55,502 nucleotides of DNA, from contig CAIUYS010000695.1 of NCBI GenBank assembly GCA_903903365.1, positions 1-55,502 on the forward strand. The letters run 5' to 3'. Source of the stretch: an uncultured Methylococcaceae bacterium (GTDB lineage: Bacteria > Pseudomonadota > Gammaproteobacteria > Methylococcales > Methylomonadaceae). The notes below the pieces were generated by a model, which was not told the origin of the DNA, did no database searches, and saw only the letters and a program-made list of their open reading frames with translations. The translations under genes were made by a program, and so were the position numbers. Positions within the stretch are counted from its first letter, which is position 1. Each line of letters begins with the position of its first letter. This document shows, piece by piece, positions 18,706 to 29,191 of this stretch.

Positions 18706-20395
18706 GGTGTTCTTCCTCCTGGAGTACGGATTCAATATAGTGAAAAGTCACTACCCTGCCCAGCCAGGGAACCCAACCCGGATTTACATCCAAACCAGCC
18801 AAGCGAATATCCAGACGCACAGCATTGAGCGCATAAAACACATCGATATGGCTGGCATCCGCTGTTACGTGCGCGGGAATAGCGAGCGCTCCTGCATCAG
18901 CCCATAAAGCTTGCGCGCTCAAACACTGTTCAAGCTCGGTAAATAATTCCAGGGATTCAGGGAATATAGGCTGTGCAGCCAGCGATTGGTGATCGTCATA
19001 GCCGATGGTTAAGGCGACAAAACCTAACAGCGGTTGATCCAGTTCAAGGCCAAGCCGCCCGGCCCATAAGCGGCCGCAATCAAACAACCACAACCAACCG
19101 CTGGCAAGCGACTGTCTGGCTAAAAATGCAGGCGTCAAGATGGCACGTAAAGCGTTGATCATATAAAAAAAGCCCCCCAATTGGGTCATGAAATGGGGGT
19201 TTACCGGCAAGATGGTCGGAGGCGATTGAATTGGGTCATAGGACTCCATCATGGGCGGTAATTCACCCGCCGGAGCAACCTGCTGGTCAGCGCTTGGCAG
19301 CACAGCTATAGGTGGATTTTTCGGCGTAAAAGCCGCTATTTGCTGCGATATAGCTGGTTGAACCAACACTTCAGTCAATGTTGGCGCTGAATTCTTGGCT
19401 GCCGTTGCGGGGCTTTTTTGCTCGTTGGCAGCATTGCTCGGTGCTGTGATTGTTGAGTCCTTGCGATTGCTCAGCGGAGCAGGGGAGTTATCGCTGTGCT
19501 GTATATCCTCTACTAAGTTAGCAAGTGGATGTTCGCTGGAATTCGTCGTTGTAACAAGAGGCGGCGCGGCTTTATCCTGGGCAAAATGAGATTCGTCAAA
19601 CTGTGCCTTAAAGGCATTAGCTACCGCAGAGGGACGGCGTATAACCAGCAATGGGCAATGCGTTATGCCACTGATGAGCGCGGCCAACACCCAGCGGACA
19701 TCACCCGGATGAAGCGTTGTCAAAAGCGGTTGCCAACCCTGTAACCCGTTTTTATGCTGCTGAAACTGATGCTGTGCCGATTGCTGGATGGACAGATCGG
19801 TCGGGCTATTTGCTGGAACTGCAAGTAGCGGCAAAGGAATATGATAATAGCTCGCCAATTGTCGAATGATGGTGTCGGCGGTAGCAGCAGAAACGAATTG
19901 CCAAACTCTTCGTAATTGCCCAAGCGCTGCCAGTTGTTCCATTACTGCAGGCAATTCAGCCGGGTTTTCACAGAGTAATTCTGCGATGGCCTGCTCACGA
20001 TTGGTACGCAACAGATAACTCCAGTGTTGCCAGTACCATTTGTCCGCCGCTTGTCCAAGGGCGAGGTCGCGCAGTAAAAAGGCCAATAATTCAGGTAAAG
20101 ATGAAAAACAGACTACGGAGGCATTGGCATTCGCATGACGGCCATCCACCGCGAGGGCAATTAAGGCGGCTAACTGCTGCGCCGTTTGCTGACGCAATAA
20201 GCGTTGATTTCCTGTTACCTGTAGTTCGCGGACAAAAATCCATGCGTTGCGCCTATTGGCGGGCAAGTGCAGAGACCAACTTTCCTGCTCTAATTCGCGT
20301 GCAAGGCTATGAGCTGCGCGTTTATCGCCACTCACGCGCAGTCGGTCAATGGTAATATCTTCTGCGCCTAACCTACTCACGCTGCATTGACTCAA
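18695..20395 (-). CDS. Putative eCIS tape-measure-like protein (Afp14 position)
   Basis: Directly upstream of the ATPase; helical N-part, low-complexity Pro/Ala/Ser linker, C-terminal DIRLAGLDVNPGWVPWLGRVVTFHY. Confidence 0.55.
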   Translation of the reverse strand: MSQCSVSRLGAEDITIDRLRVSGDKRAAHSLARELEQESWSLHLPANRRNAWIFVRELQVTGNQRLLRQQTAQQLAALIALAVDGRHANANASVVCFSSLPELLAFLLRDLALGQAADKWYWQHWSYLLRTNREQAIAELLCENPAELPAVMEQLAALGQLRRVWQFVSAATADTIIRQLASYYHIPLPLLAVPANSPTDLSIQQSAQHQFQQHKNGLQGWQPLLTTLHPGDVRWVLAALISGITHCPLLVIRRPSAVANAFKAQFDESHFAQDKAAPPLVTTTNSSEHPLANLVEDIQHSDNSPAPLSNRKDSTITAPSNAANEQKSPATAAKNSAPTLTEVLVQPAISQQIAAFTPKNPPIAVLPSADQQVAPAGELPPMMESYDPIQSPPTILPVNPHFMTQLGGFFYMINALRAILTPAFLARQSLASGWLWLFDCGRLWAGRLGLELDQPLLGFVALTIGYDDHQSLAAQPIFPESLELFTELEQCLSAQALWADAGALAIPAHVTADASHIDVFYALNAVRLDIRLAGLDVNPGWVPWLGRVVTFHYIESVLQEEEHHAG

Positions 20396-23300
20396 CGAAT
20401 CAAGAGGCTAGTAGCTTTACTGGCCACTACGCGGAACTGGGTGGTGACTAAAATATCTTTTTGCGCTACTTGGGTAATTTTAGCGACGGTGCCTTTGTCA
20501 TCGTGATCATAGACATTCAGGAGCGCAACGACTTGCTGCTGTGCATCCAGCAGGTGCAATACGGCACCTGCTTTTGGGGCGCGATTAAGTTGTATTCGTA
20601 GCGGTTCACCCACCAGCAAACGGCGAGGAGGAACCTGCACCTGGCCTTGGAGGATTTCTGCGGGATCGCCCAGCGAAGCATGAATCAAGGTAGCGCGAAT
20701 CATATTGCGCATAGCGCTGTGCCCTGCAGCCGAGGCTTCGCTATCGAGCTGGCGGAACCACCAAGCCACTAACTCGGCCATTGTGCGGGTCGAATTGAAA
20801 TCCTCACGCTCGGCGCGTTCCAGGCCGGGCCAAAGTTCAACGCGTTCTAGCGGCAAAAGATCATCTTCAGCGAGCTGAGCCCATTGTAATCGGATAGATG
20901 GCGGTAAATCATTCAGTTTTTCAAGCATACCCGCTACAGCTTGTTCCAAACGGTTGTGTAAGGTTTGCGCTTGTTTTTGCAGTACGCCGCGAGTTCCGCC
21001 GAGCAGGTCAGCCAGTGAAACCACTTTGACAGCCATATCCTGACGAATCCTGCTGGATACTTCAGTAATAGGCATCACCGCCTGCGTCAGCAATCGTAAG
21101 GTTGCTTGAGTTTGCATGCGTACTCCCGCCAAACTTAAATTCACCGGGCTGCTTGCCGTCTGCTGCACACTCGCATTGACCTGTTTAGTGGTTTTGCTTT
21201 GCAGCCGCATCGTGCGCATACTGTCAATATATTCGAGGCGGTCGGGCGCAGGGATATGCACTTTTAAAATTCGCAATACCGACCAATCATCCATTGGCAG
21301 TTCCAGCACTGTATCGAAGAAATCATCAATATCATCCGGCAAATCGGGGTCTTCTTCTGTGCTCCAACCGGGAACTATATCGCTCGCCTTGCCATAGCGT
21401 AGCAGTAAAGGATCGGCCAAAGGCAAACCTACAGGCGTTTGACATACGCGGATGAAATAAAGCCCTTTAACACCTTGGGTGAGTACCCGCGTGCGCTCCA
21501 GATCCAGTTTACTAACCTTAAGCCAATCATCATCCAGCAAACGTTGCACCACACCGTAATCGCCCAAATATTCGATACGGCGTTTATCAATACTGGCCAG
21601 TTGTTCGGTTCCGGTGCGAATCAGGGCAATCAATTTTTCGATTTCAGTTTCCTTATTAAGCCTCGCACGCAATTTACCTTCCAAATCAGACTCAATACGG
21701 ACATAGCGAGACTCCATATAAGCGATTTGGCGAGTTATAATTTTGCCTGCATTAAAGAGCGCTTCATAAAGTTTAGGGGCAATTTCCTCGTGATTATCCC
21801 TGGCAGCTTTTTCAATTTCTTCGTAAGTTTGCGGTTTGCCGTAACTGAGTAATTGCGCTTTGATAACCTGCGCCTCTGCTTTATCAAACATTCCTTCCAG
21901 GGTGGTAATTAATTCATTAATCCCGCGAGCCGCTTTTTTGTATTCCTGAGTTTCAGGGCTAATATGTTCCAAAACGCCAAAGCGAAATTCTTTAGCTTCA
22001 AACGAAGGCTTTGTGAGCGCTTGTTTTGGAGCTTGTGCAATGCGGTCTAAACGCAAATTGTTCATGTTAAATTGCAGAGTAGAAAACACCGTGGGCGATT
22101 GGCGTAGCGTGTTGGCAAACACCAAATTTTTGTTTGCTACGGTTTTATTATCCGCCAGGAGTTGCTGTGCCGTATTGGCAATGGATGCATTTGCGTTGTA
22201 GTTAAGAAAACCAATAGAAGCGTTGCTAAAAAGCGATGCCGCAGCACTATTTGTATTAATCGCTGCAATGGTATATGCTGCTGTTGCAGTATCGCCATTT
22301 ATTGCATTTGCTAATGGGGGTGTGGTTGATATTTTACTTGCCGTTAAACTGGTAAATGGCAACCAACGCGCCACTTGCAAACCCGATCCATCGCCAGCGA
22401 CACCGCCAGCTAGAGCGGAAAGTGAAACGGTTTGGCTGTCCAATTGCTGACGCTGTAACAGTAAATAATCGCGGGTTTTTTCTACGCGCGAACGCAGCGC
22501 CCGAATTTGGTTATCCAAGTCTTCAAGATCAACCCGGGCTATAGCATATTGAATAACAATGCCGTTGTGATCAGGAGTCACAATTGGTTTTGGTAACACT
22601 GGATTGGTGTTTGGCTGTCCCCACTGTTTATAAAACTGCGGGAAGGTCGGTAACCCAAGGCTGTATGGGTAAAGTGGATTGTCCTGACCATCAACCCCTA
22701 CATTTGTGCGTGATTCTTTAATAACTTGAGTAAAAAAACTGTGCGGTAATTGCGGTGCATCTAATGGCTTGGGTAAATCTAACGATTTTGTTGTGGCGAT
22801 ATCCAAAGCACTGGCTTCAAGCAATTTGTAAAGATAATCAAATTGACGCATCCACTCGCCCCACTGATCATAAGCGCGTGTAAAGTAACGAAACACATCA
22901 CTGATAAGTTGCTGATCCGTTTGTGGAATATCCAATAAATCCGGCTTGTAATCGGGCTCGTTCACAGCAAGCATCAAGCGCAAGCGCTCACCTGCGGCCT
23001 GCCGTAAGTCCACCACACGGCGAGGAAGATTGTGGTCAATCAGCGCGGCAACGGACTCCTCAGGCACGGGCACCATGTCTACCGCTATGTGTGGCGGCAA
23101 CCAAGCAATACTGGGCGCTACAATATGCGAGGCGATATTTTTAATGATTTCTAACGGCAATTCGCCTGCGGCCGGTAAAAAATCCAAATGCAAATTGGCA
23201 GCGATATAATCACCTATACTTAATACCGTTTGATTGCCTGCCGCCAGACGCAAGCGCCGAAAGGCATCGCGGGTTTGCTTGAGGAGCACATAATAACCAC

Positions 23301-23982
23301 TGTTGGTTACGGCTTCATAACGGCCTACAGCTGGGGAAAACCAATTAACGGTATAAGAATTACCCACGCTTTGAATAGCAACCAGCCCAAGTGGAACGGC
23401 ATTTTTCCAAGACTGTAAAAATTCGAGTTCAACATGATTGGCTGCAACCCAGTTCTCTACTAATTCACGGTTGGCGGAAGCCGCTTCCGGTGCCATTGCC
23501 AAACGCTTTAAGCCCAAGGTTCCAACTACCAGCAAACGTGCATCACGGGTGGGGTCAAACTCTGTGCGCTGTTCAGGATGTATGCCTGTATCAGCATCCA
23601 CATAGCGGCTTGAACGGATTAATGTGAGGTAGAATATTCCTGTTGCGCTCTGTGCTTTGGTCTGGTTCAGGTAATCGTCAATCAATTTTTTCCAGGATTC
23701 ACGCAGCGGGTAATAAAGCCCGAGTGTTTGGCCATTGTCTGAAACGGCTAGACCCGGGCTAACCGTAAAGCCATCTCCCGTAGCGCCCAAAGCCGTAGTG
23801 CGAACATCCAAACCCTGCACAATACCCGGCTGGAATCCTGCCAAGAGTGGTGCCATACGCCTATCAGCATAGGCTTGCTGGCGATCAAACTCCTCTTCGC
23901 CCATGTGGCGGCCGGCAAATAAATTAAGCCGCTCCAGATCACTGTGACTGGGTATGCCAGGTGTTAGCAATATTTCATTCAT
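20392..23982 (-). CDS. eCIS fibre/crown-like protein 3 (1196 aa, coiled-coil rich)
   Basis: N-terminal ERLNLFAGRHM..EEFDRQQAY...GIVQGLDV...VSPGLAV..NG motif shared with the two upstream genes; heptad-rich segments. Confidence 0.6.
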   Translation of the reverse strand: MNEILLTPGIPSHSDLERLNLFAGRHMGEEEFDRQQAYADRRMAPLLAGFQPGIVQGLDVRTTALGATGDGFTVSPGLAVSDNGQTLGLYYPLRESWKKLIDDYLNQTKAQSATGIFYLTLIRSSRYVDADTGIHPEQRTEFDPTRDARLLVVGTLGLKRLAMAPEAASANRELVENWVAANHVELEFLQSWKNAVPLGLVAIQSVGNSYTVNWFSPAVGRYEAVTNSGYYVLLKQTRDAFRRLRLAAGNQTVLSIGDYIAANLHLDFLPAAGELPLEIIKNIASHIVAPSIAWLPPHIAVDMVPVPEESVAALIDHNLPRRVVDLRQAAGERLRLMLAVNEPDYKPDLLDIPQTDQQLISDVFRYFTRAYDQWGEWMRQFDYLYKLLEASALDIATTKSLDLPKPLDAPQLPHSFFTQVIKESRTNVGVDGQDNPLYPYSLGLPTFPQFYKQWGQPNTNPVLPKPIVTPDHNGIVIQYAIARVDLEDLDNQIRALRSRVEKTRDYLLLQRQQLDSQTVSLSALAGGVAGDGSGLQVARWLPFTSLTASKISTTPPLANAINGDTATAAYTIAAINTNSAAASLFSNASIGFLNYNANASIANTAQQLLADNKTVANKNLVFANTLRQSPTVFSTLQFNMNNLRLDRIAQAPKQALTKPSFEAKEFRFGVLEHISPETQEYKKAARGINELITTLEGMFDKAEAQVIKAQLLSYGKPQTYEEIEKAARDNHEEIAPKLYEALFNAGKIITRQIAYMESRYVRIESDLEGKLRARLNKETEIEKLIALIRTGTEQLASIDKRRIEYLGDYGVVQRLLDDDWLKVSKLDLERTRVLTQGVKGLYFIRVCQTPVGLPLADPLLLRYGKASDIVPGWSTEEDPDLPDDIDDFFDTVLELPMDDWSVLRILKVHIPAPDRLEYIDSMRTMRLQSKTTKQVNASVQQTASSPVNLSLAGVRMQTQATLRLLTQAVMPITEVSSRIRQDMAVKVVSLADLLGGTRGVLQKQAQTLHNRLEQAVAGMLEKLNDLPPSIRLQWAQLAEDDLLPLERVELWPGLERAEREDFNSTRTMAELVAWWFRQLDSEASAAGHSAMRNMIRATLIHASLGDPAEILQGQVQVPPRRLLVGEPLRIQLNRAPKAGAVLHLLDAQQQVVALLNVYDHDDKGTVAKITQVAQKDILVTTQFRVVASKATSLLIR

Positions 23983-24048
23983 AACGCTTACCTTTAAGAC
24001 AATGGTTTAATTGTTGACCGCTACCGAGCCTCACATTCACCGCTTGCG

Positions 24049-25758
24049 CTAGGCATTTGCGATGTTGCTCCACTCGGTGATAAGTGAAGCGTCCAAGCTA
24101 TAACGTGTACCCAGACTGGCGACCAAAGTGCCTGTTTTAATATCGGCATTGGCGGTGTCCAGTAATTGCTCGACAAAATTGGCCAATTGGCTGCTTTGAG
24201 TCAAACTTAGCAGGGTTTGCCACAATACCGTGTCATAGGCACGCTCAATACGCATCAAGGCGCTTGAGATTTGCTGGGTAATCAAAGCATTCCCCGCAAA
24301 CCCCGCTTGAATAGCATTGACCGCTGTCACGCCTTTATCGCCTTGCGCCGGACGCAACCGCGCTAATAAATGGAGGTTAGTGCGATTGAGAAAAGCGCCA
24401 TCTTCATTTTGTAGTAACCCGCGGTCTGCGGGCGTAGGTAAGGATTGCGGTGGGACGACAGGTACCGGCACGCCCTGAGCAAGCACTATGCCGCTTAAGC
24501 GAGTCTCGGCAGCACGCAACGGGCGGCGAATGTAAAACAATTGATCCTGCGTTACCCGATCCCAAATGTCTTGCCAAGTACCTTTGTCCGTATTTAATTC
24601 GTGGACAGGGCGCTGTGGATATAGGCGCAAACGCAGCAAATCTTGTGCGGGTAAAAACTTAATGGCATTGGTATTGATGGTTGGACGCTCCAGTCGTTGT
24701 GCAAATTGGCCATATAAAGCATTAGGCAACGGCGCTAATACAATAATGTCGATAGGTTCACCCAAGCTCAAATCAATGGGGGGTAAAGCCATTGATTCGG
24801 TACGCAAAAGCTCAATATCAGATGCGCGTACGGGAGCTATCCATATATTGAAATTTTCAGGAAAGTAACCTTGCCGACCAGTGACTGGGTCAATCGCATC
24901 TTTCGGGAGCGAGCCCACAGGCGGCAAGAGGCGGAAATAATCAGACGCGGCAAAGTCACTATTTAATGAGCTTTGCGTGCGTTCTTGTAATAAATCACGA
25001 AACACGTTTTCATAGCGGCGAGCTAAATCCTGCTGTAAGTCGCTTGCCTTATTGTAGGCACGCAGGGGTTGACGTAGTAATTCAGTATCCAGCCATTGCG
25101 GCTTGTCATTGCTAAATGCCAATACACCTAGTGCGACGCCATCTTCAGGTACGGCGCCGCCACCGGTATTATCACCCAGCCATTCACGCAACAAATTAGC
25201 TCGCAAACTGATGGTATTCTGATTTCCTAGAGGTTGCAGTAAGCGCACCAGTGAAAGCTGGACTCCCTCGCTGATAACATCGTATTGAAAATTACGCTGA
25301 CCGCCTAAGTCGTTAGGAAATGCTTCGGCAACATCAGTGCCGTTTTCGGTGTAACGCACGACCACCACATAAAGTGAGCGGTCGATGCGGCGGAAACTAC
25401 CCTTGTTTAATTCTGACAGTGTGGCGCGATCGCCAAGGTCAATACTCAGTTCACGCGTGAGTTCTAGCACGCGGCCATCGCGAGTAATGCCTATGCCGGG
25501 GTTAACCGTAATAGTGCCATCCACGTTACTGAGACTGGTCTCTAAGCCGCGCAGAATACCGTAACCTAATGCCTGGCCGACTTCGCGCAAGCGTCCATCA
25601 AGGTAGATTTGATCGCGGTTTAAATCTTCGGCGGTTAACAAGCGACTGTCAAAGTAGTAAGAGCGGGTTAACCGAGGGTCAACATCGGTAACCCGTTCCA
25701 AACCAATAAGTGTCTTAAATTGAGTGCCTAACGGGGTGAATGTCAATTCAATGGCCAT
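24049..25758 (-). CDS. eCIS fibre/crown-like protein 2 (569 aa)
   Basis: TRSYYFDSRLLTAEDLNRDQIY...GILRGLE...VNPGIGITRDGRVL (Afp13-like baseplate-attachment N-terminus). Confidence 0.6.
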   Translation of the reverse strand: MAIELTFTPLGTQFKTLIGLERVTDVDPRLTRSYYFDSRLLTAEDLNRDQIYLDGRLREVGQALGYGILRGLETSLSNVDGTITVNPGIGITRDGRVLELTRELSIDLGDRATLSELNKGSFRRIDRSLYVVVVRYTENGTDVAEAFPNDLGGQRNFQYDVISEGVQLSLVRLLQPLGNQNTISLRANLLREWLGDNTGGGAVPEDGVALGVLAFSNDKPQWLDTELLRQPLRAYNKASDLQQDLARRYENVFRDLLQERTQSSLNSDFAASDYFRLLPPVGSLPKDAIDPVTGRQGYFPENFNIWIAPVRASDIELLRTESMALPPIDLSLGEPIDIIVLAPLPNALYGQFAQRLERPTINTNAIKFLPAQDLLRLRLYPQRPVHELNTDKGTWQDIWDRVTQDQLFYIRRPLRAAETRLSGIVLAQGVPVPVVPPQSLPTPADRGLLQNEDGAFLNRTNLHLLARLRPAQGDKGVTAVNAIQAGFAGNALITQQISSALMRIERAYDTVLWQTLLSLTQSSQLANFVEQLLDTANADIKTGTLVASLGTRYSLDASLITEWSNIANA

Positions 25759-25781
25759 GTTATTCTCCTGTATGTGCCAGC

Positions 25782-26711
25782 TTATACTTTAGTCAGCAGA
25801 TAGCTCAATTGGCTGGCCGTCATCAAAAATGGCCGCAACAGATTATTGACGCTGATGAGATTGGGGTTGACCACCTGTTGATTTTCAGTGGCATTAAGAA
25901 GGGTGGTGAGATCGGGAACACTGATGGATAACCGCGCCAGCAATAGGCGCGAGCCTTCTTCCAACTGGTCCGCCGCCAACTGGGCGCTGACTCCTGAATC
26001 GGTGAGCGCATGTAACAAACGGGCATTAAGCTGTAACTGGGCGCCTGCCGCTGCGTTGTTGGCCGTTACTTGATTGAGGTAGTCGGTTTCTGCCGTGGTA
26101 AGTGCTTCAGGGAGTGCGTCAGCGACCGGATCGTGAGCAGCCCAGGGGGCGTAGCGGGTTTCGGCGGTGCTTGGCGGCACCTCGGGAATCAATTCCAACT
26201 GGATACTGTCCGCCATGCGACTAGGCTGTACTGCGTCGGTACCGAGATTCAGCTTACGCGCCAACACCGGTTGCAAGCCCACGGAAACTTCCTGATAGCG
26301 CACAGTGACTTTAAACCACAGGAGCTTGTTGATATCGTCATAGCCTTCTTCCAACTTGGCGGCGCTCTGGACTTTAAGCCAGTCGCCAAGATCAATGCCA
26401 TAGGCTTCGTGAATCAAGACCTCGCGCCCTAAGCCATCGATTCCGATACCGGGGCTAACCGAAAGACGTGTGGCTATGGGGTTATTATTGAGCGCGCTGG
26501 CAGGCTCTATAGCAACGCACATACCCGTCAAAGTGCCATGGCCTTGCAGCCAATACTGGTGGCGATTAAGCCTGCGACGGTGATAGGATTGCTCGTCGCG
26601 GGTGGCCTCCAAACCCAACAACATGCCGGCCTCGTAGGCCACACGGCGCAGAGGTTGCTCAAAAGTAGCATCCTCTTTAAGGGTATCTGTATCTTCACCA
26701 AAGTCGCTCAT
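25782..26711 (-). CDS. eCIS fibre/crown-like protein 1 (309 aa)
   Basis: RRVAYEAGMLLGLEATRDEQSYH...GTLTGMCV...VSPGIGIDGLGREV. Confidence 0.6.
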   Translation of the reverse strand: MSDFGEDTDTLKEDATFEQPLRRVAYEAGMLLGLEATRDEQSYHRRRLNRHQYWLQGHGTLTGMCVAIEPASALNNNPIATRLSVSPGIGIDGLGREVLIHEAYGIDLGDWLKVQSAAKLEEGYDDINKLLWFKVTVRYQEVSVGLQPVLARKLNLGTDAVQPSRMADSIQLELIPEVPPSTAETRYAPWAAHDPVADALPEALTTAETDYLNQVTANNAAAGAQLQLNARLLHALTDSGVSAQLAADQLEEGSRLLLARLSISVPDLTTLLNATENQQVVNPNLISVNNLLRPFLMTASQLSYLLTKV

Positions 26712-26743
26712 GTCTTGCTCCGTTCTCCAATAATGAAATAGGT

Positions 26744-29191
26744 TTATTGAATTCGTTGCCGCGAATTCACATCCCGCGGCGAGAACGCGGCGGGATTTTT
26801 CAATAACCCTTCGTACCCTAAATAAGTGTCATCCAGAATCACTGGCCGCGCCGGCGGCCGGCGCTCGATAAAGGTATCCACGCCCAGGAGCGGCGATAGA
26901 CCGAGTACAAAAGGATAATCGGTTTCCACTACACGCCAATCCAGATGTGCGGGCATTTGCTGCACTAGCGCCGCGCTCACTACCTCTTTCAAACGCCTGG
27001 CATCACCGTGGAGCAATACGGTCACCTGATTAGCGTAGCGATCAAAAAAGTTGGCAACAATTTTTTGATCCTTTATGTTATTAGCCAGCTCCGGTGCGAA
27101 TAGGGCAAGAAAATCGCGCTTTTCTTTATCTGCCAGAATCAGGCTATCACCTACGATGCTATTGCCGCTCATGCCTGTACCGAGAGTGAGCGGGTGCTCA
27201 TCGTCACTCATATCCACACCGAGAATGGTGGCCATGGTGCGGCGCAGGCGAAAGTTCTCCACCAGCAGCACCTGTCCTCGGCTGACCGCGCCATCGGTAA
27301 GAATGTCGAGGGCGAGTTGCAAGCCGTAGAGGGTGCCGCGCCAGGTTTGTAATTCCCCGGTTTGCGCCAGCCAGCGGCGGCGGCGCGCTTCAGGCCATTG
27401 CTCGGGCAGTTGTTGCCCCAAGAGTTCACCCAGCCAGGGCAGGTTTTTCGAAGGGGTAAATTCGGGATGAATCAGCAATTCTGAGGAGGCTATCTGCCCC
27501 TCTAAAGGTGTCCATACCGCTTCAAAAGCGGTCAGCAAGCGTTCACGCACATCGGCACCGTTCGCAGGTAAAGCATCCTGTGTTGGATCAACCGTTTGCT
27601 CTTGCCGGAAATGCTCAGGCAAGTAGGCTTCCTGGTAGGAAAAGCGTGGATAGTAGATTTTAAGTGCATGTATGCAGGGGGTGTGGCGTCCATCGCTTAT
27701 CATAACAATTCGAAGTTGCAAATAACGTCCCGACAAGCGACGCACCGGGCCGCGGCCGCGCTGTAACAATATCTCGAACAAACCGCGCTCATTCGGCTTG
27801 GCCTCTAGCAAACCCTTGCCGAAAGGTTGATCGGAACGATGGCTACACCAAACCCAATCAGGCTGAGCCAAATACGGGGTGGAGTCGCGTTCGCTTTGGG
27901 AATTATAGGTTTTGGCGTAGATTTTCAGACGCGTTGCCGGTGGAATGCTGCCTTCCAGATAAAGCCGATGCCAGATTAAATTGGGCTGGCCGGAATCCAG
28001 CTCCTGTGTGAGCGTCGCCCTGGCCGAGCGGAAGTAGCGTGGGCGCTGCAAGGTATGAAGCTCGCGCGGGCGAATATTAAAACCCAATGCGGCCTCTTCG
28101 CTGCCGGCTTCCACCTTGGCTTGATAGCGCAACACATCATCGCCACTGGCGATAAAGCGCGCCCCAGCTTGCGACAGCATGGGGTAACGTTCACGAATCA
28201 AACGCGCCGCGCCTTTCGCAGTGGTTTTGTCCCAATCCAATTGCACTACGGGGCAATCGCGTTTGACATAACCCGTATCCGCGGTTTCTTGAACCGACAA
28301 GAGCGCTAAACGCCCGGTGCCGGGCACACCAATATCCACCGCAAAAGGTACGGCGGTATCCACCTCATAACGCTTGGCATTGAGGCGATTGGTGCTCAAG
28401 GGCAGGGTGATAATGGTTTGCGCCCCGGAGTCCTGGTAGGCCAGGAGGTAAAGCTGATCTTTATCACCGCAGAGAGCAAGGGGGGTTTCAGCTGCGGCCA
28501 GCAGCGGCAAATTGAGATCTTTCAGTTTGTATTGATTGATGATGGTCAGCGGATGCGGATTTATAGCCACCGGCTCAAAGCGATCAATACGGGGAATATA
28601 CGTGTGTGGAAGCGGTTCGCCAAGGCACTGAATCAGAAAGCTTGAACTCAGGCACCAAATACTGGTATCGGGTGCGACCCATAAACGCAAGGGCGGTTCG
28701 GGTAATTCAGCGGCGGCTTGCCAGCGCTTTGCCAAATGGAACACTAACAAGCCGTGTTTTTGGACAGGTGCATTACTTGCGTCCAGGGCTGCTGCAGAAT
28801 AACCCGCCGCCAGGCGCCCATCGGCGCCCAGCGTCAGTTCATTAAGGCTCCCGGTAATGTCGTGATAGGCCAAAGAATCAAACACATTGGGTACATCAAC
28901 CGGCTTTAGTTCGCCATCCGCCAAAGGCAAATAGCCACGGCCAGCGTTGTACTCTAGTTGCTTGCCACTGGCATCCACGCGACATAACTGGCCAAAGCGA
29001 TCAAACACCAGGGGTTTAGCGGCAGCCAATGCGGTCAGGCTATCGCTGACAGGGGTATGAGGCAGGCGCAGTTCCTGGTTTTGTGCAAGCATTAGGCATT
29101 GGCGGCGCTTATCCCATTGCAGGTGGCAGCACTTTTGTGCAAAGTCCTCTGGTTCACGCAGCAAAAAATAAGGCAGGTTATTACTGTCCAT
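26744..29191 (-). CDS. Baseplate wedge / phage tail protein I (P2 gpI-like) domain protein with large N-terminal beta-rich region
   Basis: GRYLQLRI, YPRFSYQEAYLP, ERLLTAFE, LPWLGELLG, WRGTLYGL, MPAH; ATG overlaps the baseplate J stop (TAATG). Confidence 0.75.
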   Translation of the reverse strand: MDSNNLPYFLLREPEDFAQKCCHLQWDKRRQCLMLAQNQELRLPHTPVSDSLTALAAAKPLVFDRFGQLCRVDASGKQLEYNAGRGYLPLADGELKPVDVPNVFDSLAYHDITGSLNELTLGADGRLAAGYSAAALDASNAPVQKHGLLVFHLAKRWQAAAELPEPPLRLWVAPDTSIWCLSSSFLIQCLGEPLPHTYIPRIDRFEPVAINPHPLTIINQYKLKDLNLPLLAAAETPLALCGDKDQLYLLAYQDSGAQTIITLPLSTNRLNAKRYEVDTAVPFAVDIGVPGTGRLALLSVQETADTGYVKRDCPVVQLDWDKTTAKGAARLIRERYPMLSQAGARFIASGDDVLRYQAKVEAGSEEAALGFNIRPRELHTLQRPRYFRSARATLTQELDSGQPNLIWHRLYLEGSIPPATRLKIYAKTYNSQSERDSTPYLAQPDWVWCSHRSDQPFGKGLLEAKPNERGLFEILLQRGRGPVRRLSGRYLQLRIVMISDGRHTPCIHALKIYYPRFSYQEAYLPEHFRQEQTVDPTQDALPANGADVRERLLTAFEAVWTPLEGQIASSELLIHPEFTPSKNLPWLGELLGQQLPEQWPEARRRRWLAQTGELQTWRGTLYGLQLALDILTDGAVSRGQVLLVENFRLRRTMATILGVDMSDDEHPLTLGTGMSGNSIVGDSLILADKEKRDFLALFAPELANNIKDQKIVANFFDRYANQVTVLLHGDARRLKEVVSAALVQQMPAHLDWRVVETDYPFVLGLSPLLGVDTFIERRPPARPVILDDTYLGYEGLLKNPAAFSPRDVNSRQRIQ

